A stretch of DNA of 64,000 bases from Fistulifera solaris. Taxonomy: Eukaryota. Below the pieces are notes generated by a model that was not told the DNA's origin, searched no databases, and saw nothing but the letters and a program-made list of their open reading frames with translations. This document shows, one piece after another, positions 35,769-47,843 of this stretch (the first letter of the stretch is position 1; each line of letters starts with the position of its first letter). The translations under genes and the position numbers were made by a program. The stretch spans positions 1,364,001 to 1,428,000 of the forward strand of contig AP026124.1 in the NCBI GenBank assembly GCA_030295235.1, written 5' to 3'.

Positions 35769-38588
35769 ATGCAGAAAAAAGATCAACAAACAGATATTCC
35801 TTCTTCTACAGATAAACTATTTCATAACATGGACAGCAGAGACGGCGGATTACTTATGGCAGCTCGATCAATTTCCCACCCGGTGCCTCCCCAAACGATT
35901 TCCGCCGATTCCGGGTCTTCGACATTTGCACAGATGATCATCTCGAGTAAAGAAGAGAGAACAGAAGATAAACGAGAATCAGAAACATTGTCTACGGCGT
36001 ATGAAATGTTAGCTGGTAGGGCTAAGAGAAATCGGGCAGAGGTGGAGGAGGAGATTCAAGAAACGGGAGAATCAAGTTCGAGCGGAGACCAGAATCAATT
36101 ATCAACACGCGCTCAGCATGAAAGTTTTAATCAAGAAGAAGGGGAATACATTGTAGACGACAATGTACTTGCGCAACAACGCAAAACAATGCTTCTAGTC
36201 AGATTACAAGAAAGGTTTCCTTGCGGGAGACTAACAATGGTAAGGCCTTTTTCTTTCTGGAGTTGCTTTACTTAAGCAATTTGCTCATAAAATCCTTGAC
36301 AGATTAATCTTTCACGGCGGGGTTTGGTAGCCGATGATGCCTTGTTGCTGGCAAATGCTATTTTACGTAATCCGATTCTTTCGGTGCTCAAACTGAGTTA
36401 CAATGAAATTGGAGATGAGGGAGTTTCACATATTGCCGCTTCGATTGGACATGATGGACATCATCACCGAAATTTGTCGGTATTAGATTTAGGTTTTAAC
36501 TCGATTGGGGACGCTGGATGCCGAGCAATAGCGACAAAGTGTATAGCAGGGAATTTCATCCTCCAAACTCTTTTCTTGGCTGGAAACTGCATAAAGAGAA
36601 AGGGGCGATTGCTCTTGCAGAAGCGATTCTTCACGGAAGCGGCTTAACGAAGCTGCACTTGACAGCAAACGAAATTGGCGCAAGGGGCTTGAAAGCAATT
36701 GCAGGAGCGATCACAAAACACGACGAGAGAGCTGCTGCTCAAATGAGGGTGAGCACTAAGCCTGTACCTAGCGTCGAAGAACTGTACATAGGAAGTATTG
36801 GTGTGAGGGGTGACGAATTAAGGGCCATACCGGCCATGATGATGTCCAGTGTATCTCTCCGATGCATTTCAATAGCGGGTTGTGGCGTGGGAGACCACGA
36901 AATGCAATTGCTCTCTCAGGCTATTTCGCAGAACAAAAGTCTCCCCCTTAGAAAAACTTGTATTTTCCTTCAACGAAATTTCTTGCCAAGGCGTAGAATC
37001 TCTGATGAATGCCGCTTGGGGATCAAAGTCATTGCGTGTCATCAGACTGGATAATAATAGAATACAGGACAGAGGAGCGCAACTCTGTGCCGTCGCGCTT
37101 ACGTCTATTCAAATGGAAGTGCTCGATCTTAGCTTTAATCGCAACATTTCGACCACGGGGATCAAAGCATTGATGAAGAATATTTCTGAAAATAACTCTT
37201 TGCGCTCGCTCGGTTTGGCAGGTATACATCTGGATCAGAATTCATCAAAGGCGCTTTCTTATGCACTTGCTTACAACATGTCGTTGCAAACATTGTATCT
37301 GGATAACTGCAACGTCGGATATGCCTCCCAAAGACACATTGTCGCTGGGATTGTATCCAATCAAAGGGCGTCGCTTCGCTTGGTTACGGGATTCGATATT
37401 GCTCGTAAGTTTTGTTGGCCCTTGTGTCATCGTTTCGATTTGAACGGATCACGAGTCTAATAGTCGTTCTTTTATCTTTCAGCAATTGCAATAACACTCG
37501 GCTTGCCACGGCTACCAGAGACCTGGTCAAACGACCAGGTCTTGGGCTTCATTCGTTACATGTGGCAACAGTGGTTATTGAAATCTGGAAGAGGAAAGGC
37601 TTCAAACGTGATGGAAATTCGGGGACCTGCTCCACCTGCGGCTGTCGCCGCTGCTTCCAAAATTGCGTTCTCTTCACTTAGCTCTGATACAAGCGATTTA
37701 TTTCAGACCGAACTACATGAAAAATTACCGTCTGAGCAACCTCCAATGGATCGCATAACGGATGCCCTCCTTGAACGAACAGATTCGGGGACCATCGAAG
37801 TTCCGACATTCGGTGATGCCAATGAGAAAGACTTGAAAGAATGGACCGGTGATCGCGTAAGAACCTGCCAAGTCTCGTCTTACTCTATGGTTCGTTCGGC
37901 ATTGGAAGATCCTGAAAGACGCAACCAAAACTTGTTGTGGCTCAGAAACCATTTTAGATCCTTGAACGATATTGGACGTCTTCCTTTCAACAATGCAGAT
38001 TTATGGCAGCTCCACCAATACTACTTTTCTCCTCCCTATTCAGACGCCGACAACGACGAAAGTAAAGTTACCGCAGCCATGGTTGTAAGTGCTGCTGGTG
38101 TTACTCAGCAACCTCTTTGGGGCGAGGAAACAGCTATGGTGGCCTCGCGTTCAATTTCATATCAAACCCTTGGTGATGCTATCGCCGCTTCAGTGGGGAC
38201 ACATCATAAGCGCCGCCCTTTCGATGAAGATGAAAACAGCGGAGAAGATAATAAGCCATTGGCGAAGAAAGCAAAGAACTTTCGAACAAGGATTGCCTAT
38301 TACCCCCGTATCACCGTGAGTCACTGATTTGTTGACCTTTAGTCGCTTTTGATTCTATGTTCTAACTCAATACTCTCTCCCTCTCTCTATCTCATTCTCT
38401 AGGCCAAGGTTCAGGAACTTGGCAGTCGTCCTATGGATCACACTCTGTCCTTGCTTCGACAGTTGAAATATACTGAAAACATCATGTTTGCGGATCGCAA
38501 TCCATATGATGACACGCAAATCAAAAATTCCGATCCTTCCCAACCTTCTCACGCAGATGTAGAAATGGTCTTGCTGGACTTGCTATAG
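35769..38588 (+). CDS. RNI-like leucine-rich repeat protein; introns 36240-36302, 37405-37482, 38316-38402; frameshifts ~36598 and ~36953
   Basis: Repeated LxLxxNxIGDxG units (LKLSYNEIGDEG, LDLGFNSIGDAG, IRLDNNRIQDRG). Confidence 0.85.
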
Positions 38589-38711
38589 AAATAGATGGTA
38601 TAAATATTTTCTTGTGAAAATGCTTATGATCATTCTTTGCAGATTATGCTTATGTATTGTCTCTCTAGTACAGCAACAAAAGGGCACTCGAAAATGAAAC
38701 ATGCTAAAAGT

Positions 38712-39518
38712 TTACAAGAGACTTGTAGCTAGGACATCCGCGATTTCGGCCACGATACAGTCTACCGACGCCAGCGCACCCATTCCTACTTCACCACAAG
38801 CTAGTACCTTCGAAGTCGGCTCGATAACACGAATGACACTCTTTTCACCATTTTGACGAGACTCAACCGACACGAAGTCTTGGATTGTTTGTAAATGTTG
38901 AAATGTGAGGGGATGTTGCCACATGGCCGTGTTCATGGCGGGTGCAAGAACAAGAGGTTTTGCTGGTCTCATGGAATGATAGCCAAAGTCCCACGCCCGC
39001 GCCACACAAGACAGTGTATCGTCGCAAAAGCCCTGCGCCAGTTTCGCCAATGTGTGAGCTGATAAGGGCGCAATGAGGAAAATGTCGGCCCAGTCTCGTA
39101 GGTCAATATGTAGAACTGGGTCTCCTAGCCGGTTCCATCCTTTCCACTCCTCTTTGGGGGCTTGTTGAGTGTAGAGGGATTGTCACTTTGTCAGACGAAG
39201 AGATCAAAGTGAGGCCATTCGTTCGGTCAAACGACGAAGATACATACCGTAAAGCTGAATTAGGGCTTCTTTGATACTCGTATTCGGCGAATCTGATGGT
39301 TGAGCCCCGTTAATAAAGTCCTGACACAAATCCCAATATTCTTTGTGGTATTCTTCAGCTTTCTTCCAGAAATTCGATCCACCAGCACTCAACAAAACAC
39401 GAACGTGAGCATTTAGTTCACGGACGAGTCGTATAGCAATTTCGGGCGCTTTGACGGCTGCGACAGACCCCGTCACGCCGAGTAGTATTCGCGGTCTTCG
39501 TGGACTTCTCTCCTCCAT
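38712..39518 (-). CDS. PPCDC: Phosphopantothenoylcysteine decarboxylase (HAL3/CoaC-like flavoprotein); intron 39161-39247
   Basis: ILLGVTGSVAA, VLHIDLRDWAD...APLSAHTLAKLAQG, APAMNTAMW and LACGEVGMG. Confidence 0.92.
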
Positions 39519-39797
39519 TTGAGACGTCGAGTGATGGTTCTGAAATAGACATGTGATGAAACGGCACAAGCTTTCAAAGAAAATGAACGAATATGAAGTA
39601 CCGGTACGATTACATCGTGTTTCACAAGATCACAGAGGCATTTTTCCATGCATGACCTTTTTGATAATTCCGTCTTTTTCGTTTCATTGCCCTTACCTAA
39701 TAAATGCTTCATTATACTTTGTATCTTCTTATTTTAAGCACCCAACAAAAACAACAAAGCATACGTGACAACCAATCACTAGTGAGCACCGCAAACA

Positions 39798-41162
39798 ATG
39801 AAACTTTATCCGAACTCTCTGCATACATGGTTATCATCCGTTATCACCTTTTTACGAGATATCCCCAAGCAAGGAGAACTGGGCATGCTCTGGTTAGGGA
39901 CACAGGCTCGTCAAGCACGTTCTTTGGAGGGTCCGGGTGAGAAAGTGCGTGTTGCGTTTCGAAATGAATGTGATGAGACACTGATTCTTTGCTGGGTTGA
40001 TTGTCATGGTAATCCGCATCACTTTTATTCGCTACAACCCAGGATTGTGACCTCCGACGAAGATATTGTCACGCATGAGGATCACATTGAAACGACGCAA
40101 ACGGGACACGCTTTCCTAGTTCTGGCGGCTTCCGATGTTCCAAGAGTACAGAAAACGAAGTCGCTGGAAGGGACTACCTTTATGGGAGCCTATCAACCAT
40201 CTTCGACCGTTACGAAAATCATAACGCGATCAAATAAGCGACTTAAGACGTCTACCTCAGAGTACGTTCATCTCGTATCAATCCACAAACGACAATTAAA
40301 AGAACATGTAAAGTGTCTCTCATTCTGCACCGAGAGCAATTTTCTTCGGAAGAGGCATACCGATGAGCGGATAGGTGACAACGACGTTGGCTTTGAATTG
40401 ATGAATGAAGAAACAGGTGCGGCCTGGTCCATTACCGTCCGACAGGGATTCGTAGACTCCCAACCCATGGACTCAACTTGCAAGCGATATTTCAAACTCA
40501 AGATGCACGACGATATGGCAGTCTACGCGGAAGAGAACTGGCATGGCGGAGATTATGAACTAGAGAAAATTTTCTGTGAGGACCTGCACAAGGCATTGCA
40601 ATGTTTTCCAGAAAAAGCAAGGGAACGGTTAACGCAAGGTACCGCTTTCTGGCTCAATTGCAATATGAAGTATGGCCCTGCGGCGTGTCCTATCGAAGGA
40701 AGGGGAATGTGTTTTCATCCCGAATCGGATTGGCTGGTTCAAAATGGTTGCCACAAAGAGAAAACGCACGGCATTGAACTTTACAAGTCGGAGGAGTATC
40801 TGCGACTTCGTAATCATTGGGGACCAGGAGGCGTACTGGTTCATGAACTTTCCCACGCCTACCACTGTCTGTGTATACGTGACGGCTATGAAAACAAGGA
40901 CGTTTTGGCGTGCTATCAGAAGGCAATTGATGAAGGGATCTACGAGTCTGTCGCTGTGCATGGCAGTCAAGGACCCAAGGCGAAGGCATATGCATGCACG
41001 AATGCTATGGAATATTTTGCTGAACTTTCTACAGCATTTCTTGGTGGAACCGATGAGTGCGTTGAGTTTAACAAGTGGTATCCTTTTAATCGCAAACAAG
41101 TTCGAGAACACGACCCTCGTGCATTTGAATTACTACAAAAGCTGTGGCACGTTTCTGCTTGA
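39798..41162 (+). CDS. Putative zinc metallopeptidase (HEXXH + distal E) with N-terminal VHL-beta-like domain
   Basis: VAFRNEC...LCWVDCHG...TQTGHAF; VLVHELSHAYH...YACTNAMEYFAE. Confidence 0.75.
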   Translation: MKLYPNSLHTWLSSVITFLRDIPKQGELGMLWLGTQARQARSLEGPGEKVRVAFRNECDETLILCWVDCHGNPHHFYSLQPRIVTSDEDIVTHEDHIETTQTGHAFLVLAASDVPRVQKTKSLEGTTFMGAYQPSSTVTKIITRSNKRLKTSTSEYVHLVSIHKRQLKEHVKCLSFCTESNFLRKRHTDERIGDNDVGFELMNEETGAAWSITVRQGFVDSQPMDSTCKRYFKLKMHDDMAVYAEENWHGGDYELEKIFCEDLHKALQCFPEKARERLTQGTAFWLNCNMKYGPAACPIEGRGMCFHPESDWLVQNGCHKEKTHGIELYKSEEYLRLRNHWGPGGVLVHELSHAYHCLCIRDGYENKDVLACYQKAIDEGIYESVAVHGSQGPKAKAYACTNAMEYFAELSTAFLGGTDECVEFNKWYPFNRKQVREHDPRAFELLQKLWHVSA

Positions 41163-41218
41163 GTCGTTGACCCAGAATATTGTAAAAAAACAGAGTAACG
41201 TGATCTTAATAAATATCA

Positions 41219-44165
41219 TTAATTTGATGTCTGACTACGCATTAACTGTTGCTCGCGGATCATTTTCCGCTCGTAGTCGTCAAGTTCTTCGTCGTAATCT
41301 GCTCCTCCGTATTCTAATGCATCCATCAATTTGGCTAGAGCGATTATACTGCCCGTCTGTTGCAAATAAAGTACGAAATCAATCTGATTTTGCGGATCCT
41401 CTTCACTTTCCTCATCTTCCACTGGAGCAGACAAAGAAATCTCAGTTTCTTTATTATCTACGATTGCGAATCCGGGTCCCTTGCGGATGTTATTGCTGTT
41501 TTTGTAGTATCTACGACAGCTGCAACTTCAGACGACATATTGTCTTCTTCTGTATTCTCTTCTTTCAAAGCAACTTCGGGATCATTTGTTTGCTTCGCCT
41601 TTTTCTGCTTGAACTTTTTCTTTCTTCTTCTTATTCTTACTTTTCTTGGAATTCTTCTTCTGAGCTGTCTGTTCTTCGCTGGCCGCCCAGAGCTCTTCTT
41701 GATAGTCTAAATGATAAATACGACAATTGCAATTACTGCACACGTGACATTTGCATTCTTCGCAGAAAGAAGCGTCGAAAGTCCGGTGTTTCGAAAAGGA
41801 CATCTTACAGAGAGCGCATGACACAAAGTGTTGCTTCCAAATACGTTCCGCTCGTTTCGTGACCGCACTACTGCTGTGAGAATCTCGAGCATTCTCAATC
41901 AAAGATGCACTCACTAGCGTTGGCGTACGGTTATCTTCGTCATCATCGATTTCTCCTCTTTCGATCTGGTCTTTTCTCAAAGCTTCCCTCGCTTCTTCGA
42001 CCTGCAAAACACGTTCGAGACCTTCGAGTGCCATCATCACCATTGACGCTTCTGACAAAAGCACTCCAAGAACAGCAACACAGCCTTCATCGACCAATAC
42101 TTCAATTTGAGAGTCACTTCCACAGCTGGTTGCATTCAAAACAACCCAGCAAGCCTCACTGCGAACTTCTTGGTCGGTCTTTTGTTTTGAACAATCTCAA
42201 CAAGCGGGCGAATCGCCCCAGAGTCTATGACAGCTTGTATTTGTTCGACAGTACCGGCGGCAATATTCGAAAGCGTCCAACATGCTTCTTTCTGAATTTC
42301 TCTGTTGCTGTGAGTCACAAGTTCCTTTAACCGGGGAACCGCACCACAGTCCAAAATGACTTCGGTGTAGTCCGTCGTCCCTCCATGAGAATCATCGCTG
42401 CATTCCGCACATACTATATTTCCGATGGTTCGCAAGGCGGGCTTTGTCACACGCCAGCTGGGATGAGTGAGTAACTCCACGAGGCGCGGTACTAGTCCTC
42501 GGGCGGGGCCTTGATGGTGTCGCGGGTGGTCACTACCGCCGCGATATGAGAAGAGGGACCGTCGCACAAGTGTGACAGCGTCCAGCACGTATAGCTCAAC
42601 GTTTCCGAGTCTGTAGTGTGCAAAAGTCGTTTCAAAACGGGAAGCAAAATAGACATTTCGATTTCATCTGCGCTCGAATAATCATTAGACTTGCTTCCTG
42701 ACTTATTGTGAGATGACTGCTGAAATATGCCATCAACCAAATTAGAAAGAGTCCAGCTGCCAATTCGCTGTAGCGCGATGTTCTTAGGGTGTAACTCCAA
42801 GCATCTCAGCAATTGATTAATAACTCCAGCCGCCAAGATGACATCCCGAGCAGAAACAGATTTGTCCCTAGTGTCTAGTGCATTATTGTTCGATGAACCA
42901 CCGCTCGACGACCCACCTGGTGAGTCCCCTGCAGCAATACTTCCAAGAATCCACATGGCTTGTTCGTAGACTTCCTTACTCGGGCTAGAAAGAAGCGATA
43001 TTAGGGTAGGGATGGCGTCTGCGTGTCGAAGCAGCAAGTGTTGCGAGCTGGCCGATAACTGTTGCGGAAAAGAAGGCCCTCCAGAGGAATTGCTGACTGG
43101 TGTCGGAGGAGGAAGAAAAGCGTTGCTCGGGACACTGCTATGCGCTCCTCCCGGCGGCGGGGCAAGCGATGTAAAGTTTATGGCACCCGTTGACGCAAGT
43201 CCATTCGCGTTAGATCCGTTAGAAAATAAAGGTGCCGGAGGCATTGGTGGAAGCGACCAAGAATGAGACTTGCTCGCCTTGCTATTATCACCGCTGGCTG
43301 AAGCGCTCTTTTTCTGGCTGTTTGCTTTTGCATTGTTGGAAAGATCCCAATTGTTTTGCTGTGTAGAGTTTTGAAAGGCACTTTGAATTGTGGACGTTAA
43401 ACTAGCATCAAACGCTGCAACAGCTTCAGGCGACAAAGTCTGAGAAAAAGAAAGAGGTGGAAATGGAACAGAACCAGGAGCAGGAGCAATAAGGCCAGGG
43501 TAGGAGTATTTGGATGGTGCAAACTTGTTGGCCGCCTCGAGTGCTTCCTGAATGGTTGGAGTGTTTCCGCCCCCAATACCACCATTCTTGACGGCTGACA
43601 CCGCAGCCTGTGCCGCCGCCGCGACTGCTGAAGATTGTTGTGCCGTATGCTGGAAATAAGACTGTTGCGCGCACACTTCAGCGATATTTGTCAAAGCTAA
43701 TAAAGATTCCACCTGAACGGCAGGGCGATCGTGCAAATTAAGCCACGAAAGAATAAGAGGAATCCAGTTCTTTTGTTGAGCAACATACAGCAGCTCTTTA
43801 TTAGAAGGAAGTAACTAGAAGAACGCGGAACAGTCAGACTTTGCGATGCAGTAATGGTGCACGATTCAACACCCCGTTCGTACCTCTCTTAGTTTACGGC
43901 AGGTCGCCATTTGTAAATCGACAATGTTTTCCTCAGACGACAGCGATAAGTTCCCATATTGCATATCCAATGAAATGTTCGACACGTCGCCCGTTTTCTC
44001 TTTTTGAGCAATAATAAATTCCCGAAGTTCCTTTGCTAAACGCCGAGCCCCTGAGGCAATCTCCTCGGAAGAAGTAATGCTTTCTTTCGCAGCGTGGGCA
44101 TCGCCGTCTACTGCCAACTTCTTTCTCGCGGGCGGGCCTGCACTCTCGTTACCGTCTGTCATCAT
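41219..44165 (-). CDS. Importin-alpha-like armadillo-repeat protein with Cys-rich C-terminus; intron 43815-43883; several frameshifts
   Basis: LALTNIA, QAMWILGSIAAGDS, WTLSHLCDG, PALRTIGNIV and KEACWTLSNIAAGT ARM motifs. Confidence 0.85.
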
Positions 44166-44583
44166 AACTTCTCCGAAAAAAAGGAGATCGTTGTGCAAGA
44201 AACAAGCTGGTGATTGCTAACGGAGTATATGGTGGTTTTATTCGTAAAAAGAAACAGCGAAACAGACGCGGATGCGGGGGGATGAACATCGCATCGCCAT
44301 CGCGCCCGCTGGAAGTATGCAATACCGCTAAGATGACTCGCGTGAATGTTCTCATAACAAAAAATACAAAAGTAATACCGTTACGATGATGACTAACAGG
44401 TGCTCGTGCTCGGTGCTCGCCCATTTTGCTCGCGAGGGTTCGCCCGCCACAATAACGCCTGCTGTAAACACGCAATGAAACAGCTTCGTCGCGGAAACTC
44501 TCAAAGCTTTTCACGAACAAGACAAATAGACTGTGGACAAGAACACTTACTGTCTATCTTGAAACAAGGGTCTATTATCAATA

Positions 44584-46113
44584 ATGTCCGACGAAGAAGA
44601 TTATGAATACGAATACGACGAAGATGACGACGCCATGGAAGACCAGCCCGATTTCGAATACACGGACGAAGAAGAGGAACAAGACGATGGCCAAGTTGCG
44701 CTGGAAAACCTCTACTATAACGCCAAGGGTATGCGAGATACAGATGCTGCCGAAGCTATACGAGCATTTGAGGACGTAATCGTGCAAGAACGCAAACAAG
44801 GTGGCGAAGATGCGTTTGGTCCCTGGTCCTTCAAAGCGATCAAGCAATTGGTGAAATTGCATTTACGTTCAAATGACGACATTGAAAAGACACGCAAACT
44901 CTATTCGCGACTTCTGGAATGCATTTCAACAGGAAAGGATATCAGCCCGAACGCTGTGGAGAAAGGAATCAACGGTATGCTAGAGAGAGTGGCTTCTCTG
45001 TATCAAACCAGCAAAGCCTCGATGGGTCCTTCCACAGCTCAAACGCTGGCAGTTGCTGTTTACGACGATACGCTACAACTGTTTCATCCAGATACAGGGT
45101 CGTGTAAAAACGAGCGATTGTGGTTCAAAGCTAATCTGAAGTACGGGCAACTTTTATTCGAAATGAACGAAACGGGAAAGCTTCAAAAAGTGTTGAAGGA
45201 TGTTACGCTCCATCAACAAGGAAACGAAAGTACGGCTACCAGCAGCTCGTCAACACAGACTATGGAGATCTACGCACTCCAGATTCAGCTCTATTCTCGT
45301 CAGAAAGATCATAAACGTCTCCGCGAAACCTTTCGTAAGGCCATGGCCGTCCGCGGTGGCATTCCTCATCCTCGTACGTTGGCTCTAATGCAAGAGCTTG
45401 GTGGAAAGATGCACATGGCAGCGCGAGAGTATGAAGCCGCAGGCAAAACATTCTTCCAGGCCTTTAAATCGTACGACGAGGCCGGCGACCCGAGTCGCTT
45501 GCGCTGTTTGAAGTATTTGGTCATGGCGAGCATGCTTCATGCTAGCTCGATCAATCCCTTCGACTCTCAAGAGGCTCGTCCGTATCGCGATGATCCCGAA
45601 ATTCTTGCCATGACCAACTTAGTACAAGCATTTCACAACAATCAAATTCAATCGTTTGAGAAGATTTTGCGACAGAACCAGGGGCGCATCATGGAAGACG
45701 AATTTATTCGAGAACATATTGAAGACTTGCTTCGAACGATTCGTACGCAGGTACTTCGTCGAGTGATTCAACCTTACAAACGGATAACTTTGAAAGCCAT
45801 TGCGCACGAACTTAATGACATTCCAGTTTCGGACGTGGAGAGTCTTCTCGTTGGACTTATTCTTGACGGCCTACTCGATGGTCGTATCGACAAAGTGGAT
45901 GGCATACTTATCAAAAACGCGAATGCCGGGTCCGCTGGCTTGGGTTCTACCGTAGTTTCACCGCGGTCGGGCGATGGAGGAGCTGCGGATTGCAGTGAGG
46001 AGGCGTGCTGCGCCGATATGCAGACTATGATCGATTCGCTCGAGCGTTTGTCGACCCATATTACGAGTGTCAAGACCAAAGATAGACGGCAGATGCGAAG
46101 CGTTGTTGCATAA
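44584..46113 (+). CDS. CSN2: COP9 signalosome subunit 2
   Basis: LENLYYNAKG, WSFKAIKQ, NERLWFK, IPHPR, INPFDSQEARPY and a PCI domain. Confidence 0.96.
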   Translation: MSDEEDYEYEYDEDDDAMEDQPDFEYTDEEEEQDDGQVALENLYYNAKGMRDTDAAEAIRAFEDVIVQERKQGGEDAFGPWSFKAIKQLVKLHLRSNDDIEKTRKLYSRLLECISTGKDISPNAVEKGINGMLERVASLYQTSKASMGPSTAQTLAVAVYDDTLQLFHPDTGSCKNERLWFKANLKYGQLLFEMNETGKLQKVLKDVTLHQQGNESTATSSSSTQTMEIYALQIQLYSRQKDHKRLRETFRKAMAVRGGIPHPRTLALMQELGGKMHMAAREYEAAGKTFFQAFKSYDEAGDPSRLRCLKYLVMASMLHASSINPFDSQEARPYRDDPEILAMTNLVQAFHNNQIQSFEKILRQNQGRIMEDEFIREHIEDLLRTIRTQVLRRVIQPYKRITLKAIAHELNDIPVSDVESLLVGLILDGLLDGRIDKVDGILIKNANAGSAGLGSTVVSPRSGDGGAADCSEEACCADMQTMIDSLERLSTHITSVKTKDRRQMRSVVA

Positions 46114-46425
46114 CCTGAGGCAATATCACCGTTTGCACCAATGTTTACTATGTACTAGGTTTCGGTCGTTTTGTGTTCTCTGACTGAAAGCGTCTCTTTT
46201 TAGTTTTCAAACGTTTTCTACCACCAGGTTGGATTTTAAGGTTGCGGTGATATCATACAAAAAATCAGGGAAATCATACGATGAACTATCTCCGAAAGAT
46301 ATCGAATGGTTTCACTCTTTTGAAAACAAACATTTGCGATCAACTGCAAGATGATTGTCGTCGATAATCGTCCCGATGTTTTCACGTCGGATTTTACTAT
46401 AGGCTCGAGTGTTGTCTGTTTTCTG

Positions 46426-46448
46426 CCAGGACTGGATTTCATTCATGA
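46426..46448. repeat. Degenerate copy of the 23-bp palindromic element
   Basis: CCAGGACTGGATTTCATTCATGA, 2 mismatches to the copy at 20406. Confidence 0.75.
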
Positions 46449-46756
46449 GACATGGGATGCTTTGCTCGCTTTCGTGTTTCTCGCTTACGCGATGGCTAAA
46501 AGAATTTTTGTAAGCGACTGATTTCAATATCAAATGGTCTCGTTTTCATAGTAGCACGCATTTGCAATCAGCCACTCGATCAGTGGCGTCGATGATCGGT
46601 CAAATTTCTTGACTTCGTATTTAAATATAGCCCTGGGTGTAGACGGAGTCTTGCCAAGACTTTTAATTTCTCGCACGACGACGCCGCAAAATTGCAAATT
46701 CGTCATTTGAAAAGGTTTACCAGGTACTTTCGCTGTTACAAGGAAGTGTTCTGAGT

Positions 46757-46852
46757 ACGTTCCAGAAATTCTGGGCACGGTGTTTTGGAGTCCTACAGAA
46801 AATCCGTGATTGTTCCAGAAACTCTGGAAACAGTTGTTTTGGATCATACAGA
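46757..46852. repeat. ~2 units of the ~53-bp CCAGAAATTCTGG repeat
   Basis: Cores at 46762 and 46815; aligns by eye with 52520-52620. Confidence 0.85.
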
Positions 46853-46891
46853 TATTCCCCCGGCTTACCTGTTATTAATACTTTCAACAAA

Positions 46892-47761
46892 ATGAAGCAT
46901 GCACTATTACGTCCGGTTCAAGCTAGTGAGCGCCTCGTTGTCATCGCGGGATGGCTCGGATCTCAGCCAAAACAGTTGCGGCGTTACGAAGAACTCTATG
47001 AACATTTGGGTTTTCAAACGCACAGCCGAATTGCAACCCCATCGATGATAGTCAAAACATGTTTAGATTCTACATCAAAAGTTCATATTCCAACAAACTG
47101 GCCGCTTTTGCGAAATGATCATTCGCTAGGTTCTGTTGAAGACTTGGCCTGGGATATATTAGCACGCGTTCATGAAACGCAATCGAAGTGCGTTATTTTT
47201 CATGTTCTGTCAAACGGCGGATGTTTTGTTTGGGAGCATATTCGCCTCATCCTGGGAGCTATCCACAATGTTCCTAACAGTGACTCGGTGCGACCGATTC
47301 TGACCAGCATTCAAAAGTCACTTTGCGGCGTTGTATTTGACTCTTGTCCTGCTACCGACGTCGCCTGTATCGATCGAGCGTTGGAGTATTGTTCCGAAAC
47401 CGAGCAAGCCGATGTTTTGCGCGCGTTTAGACAAGATTCTCTGTCTTTTCTAAGAAGCGATCGCAGTCAACATCTTTTGAATGCCCGCTCGACGGTCTAT
47501 GTGGATCGGTTGGGGAATGATGATTGGGCCCTCCCTCAGCTTTATCTGTACAGTGAAAGTGATCACTTGGCTACGGCACCTGGTATAGATACACTGGTTG
47601 ACCGTAGAAGAGATCTGCTTGGGAAACATCTGATCTGGAAGCGACGATGGAAGAATTCTCCCCACGTTTCTCATATTCGTGAGCATCAATCCGATTACAA
47701 GGATGCTGTGGACAGTTTTGTAAATTTTTGCTTACAAGACGACCCCAAATCATCGCTCTAA
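46892..47761 (+). CDS. DUF829/TMEM53 alpha/beta-hydrolase-like protein
   Basis: GWLGS, FHVLSNGG, VFDSCP, QLYLYSESD and SPHVSH. Confidence 0.88.
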   Translation: MKHALLRPVQASERLVVIAGWLGSQPKQLRRYEELYEHLGFQTHSRIATPSMIVKTCLDSTSKVHIPTNWPLLRNDHSLGSVEDLAWDILARVHETQSKCVIFHVLSNGGCFVWEHIRLILGAIHNVPNSDSVRPILTSIQKSLCGVVFDSCPATDVACIDRALEYCSETEQADVLRAFRQDSLSFLRSDRSQHLLNARSTVYVDRLGNDDWALPQLYLYSESDHLATAPGIDTLVDRRRDLLGKHLIWKRRWKNSPHVSHIREHQSDYKDAVDSFVNFCLQDDPKSSL

Positions 47762-47843
47762 ATATAGTCGATGTATAAGCCGTGTTTACTTTAATAGAAT
47801 CAATTCGATAAATTAGGTAAGGCTCGTGGTATTGTACAATTGT

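Noticed and set aside
40672..41862. 396-aa plus-strand ORF
   Set aside because: Overlaps two real genes, out of frame with one and antisense to the other; no recognisable motifs.
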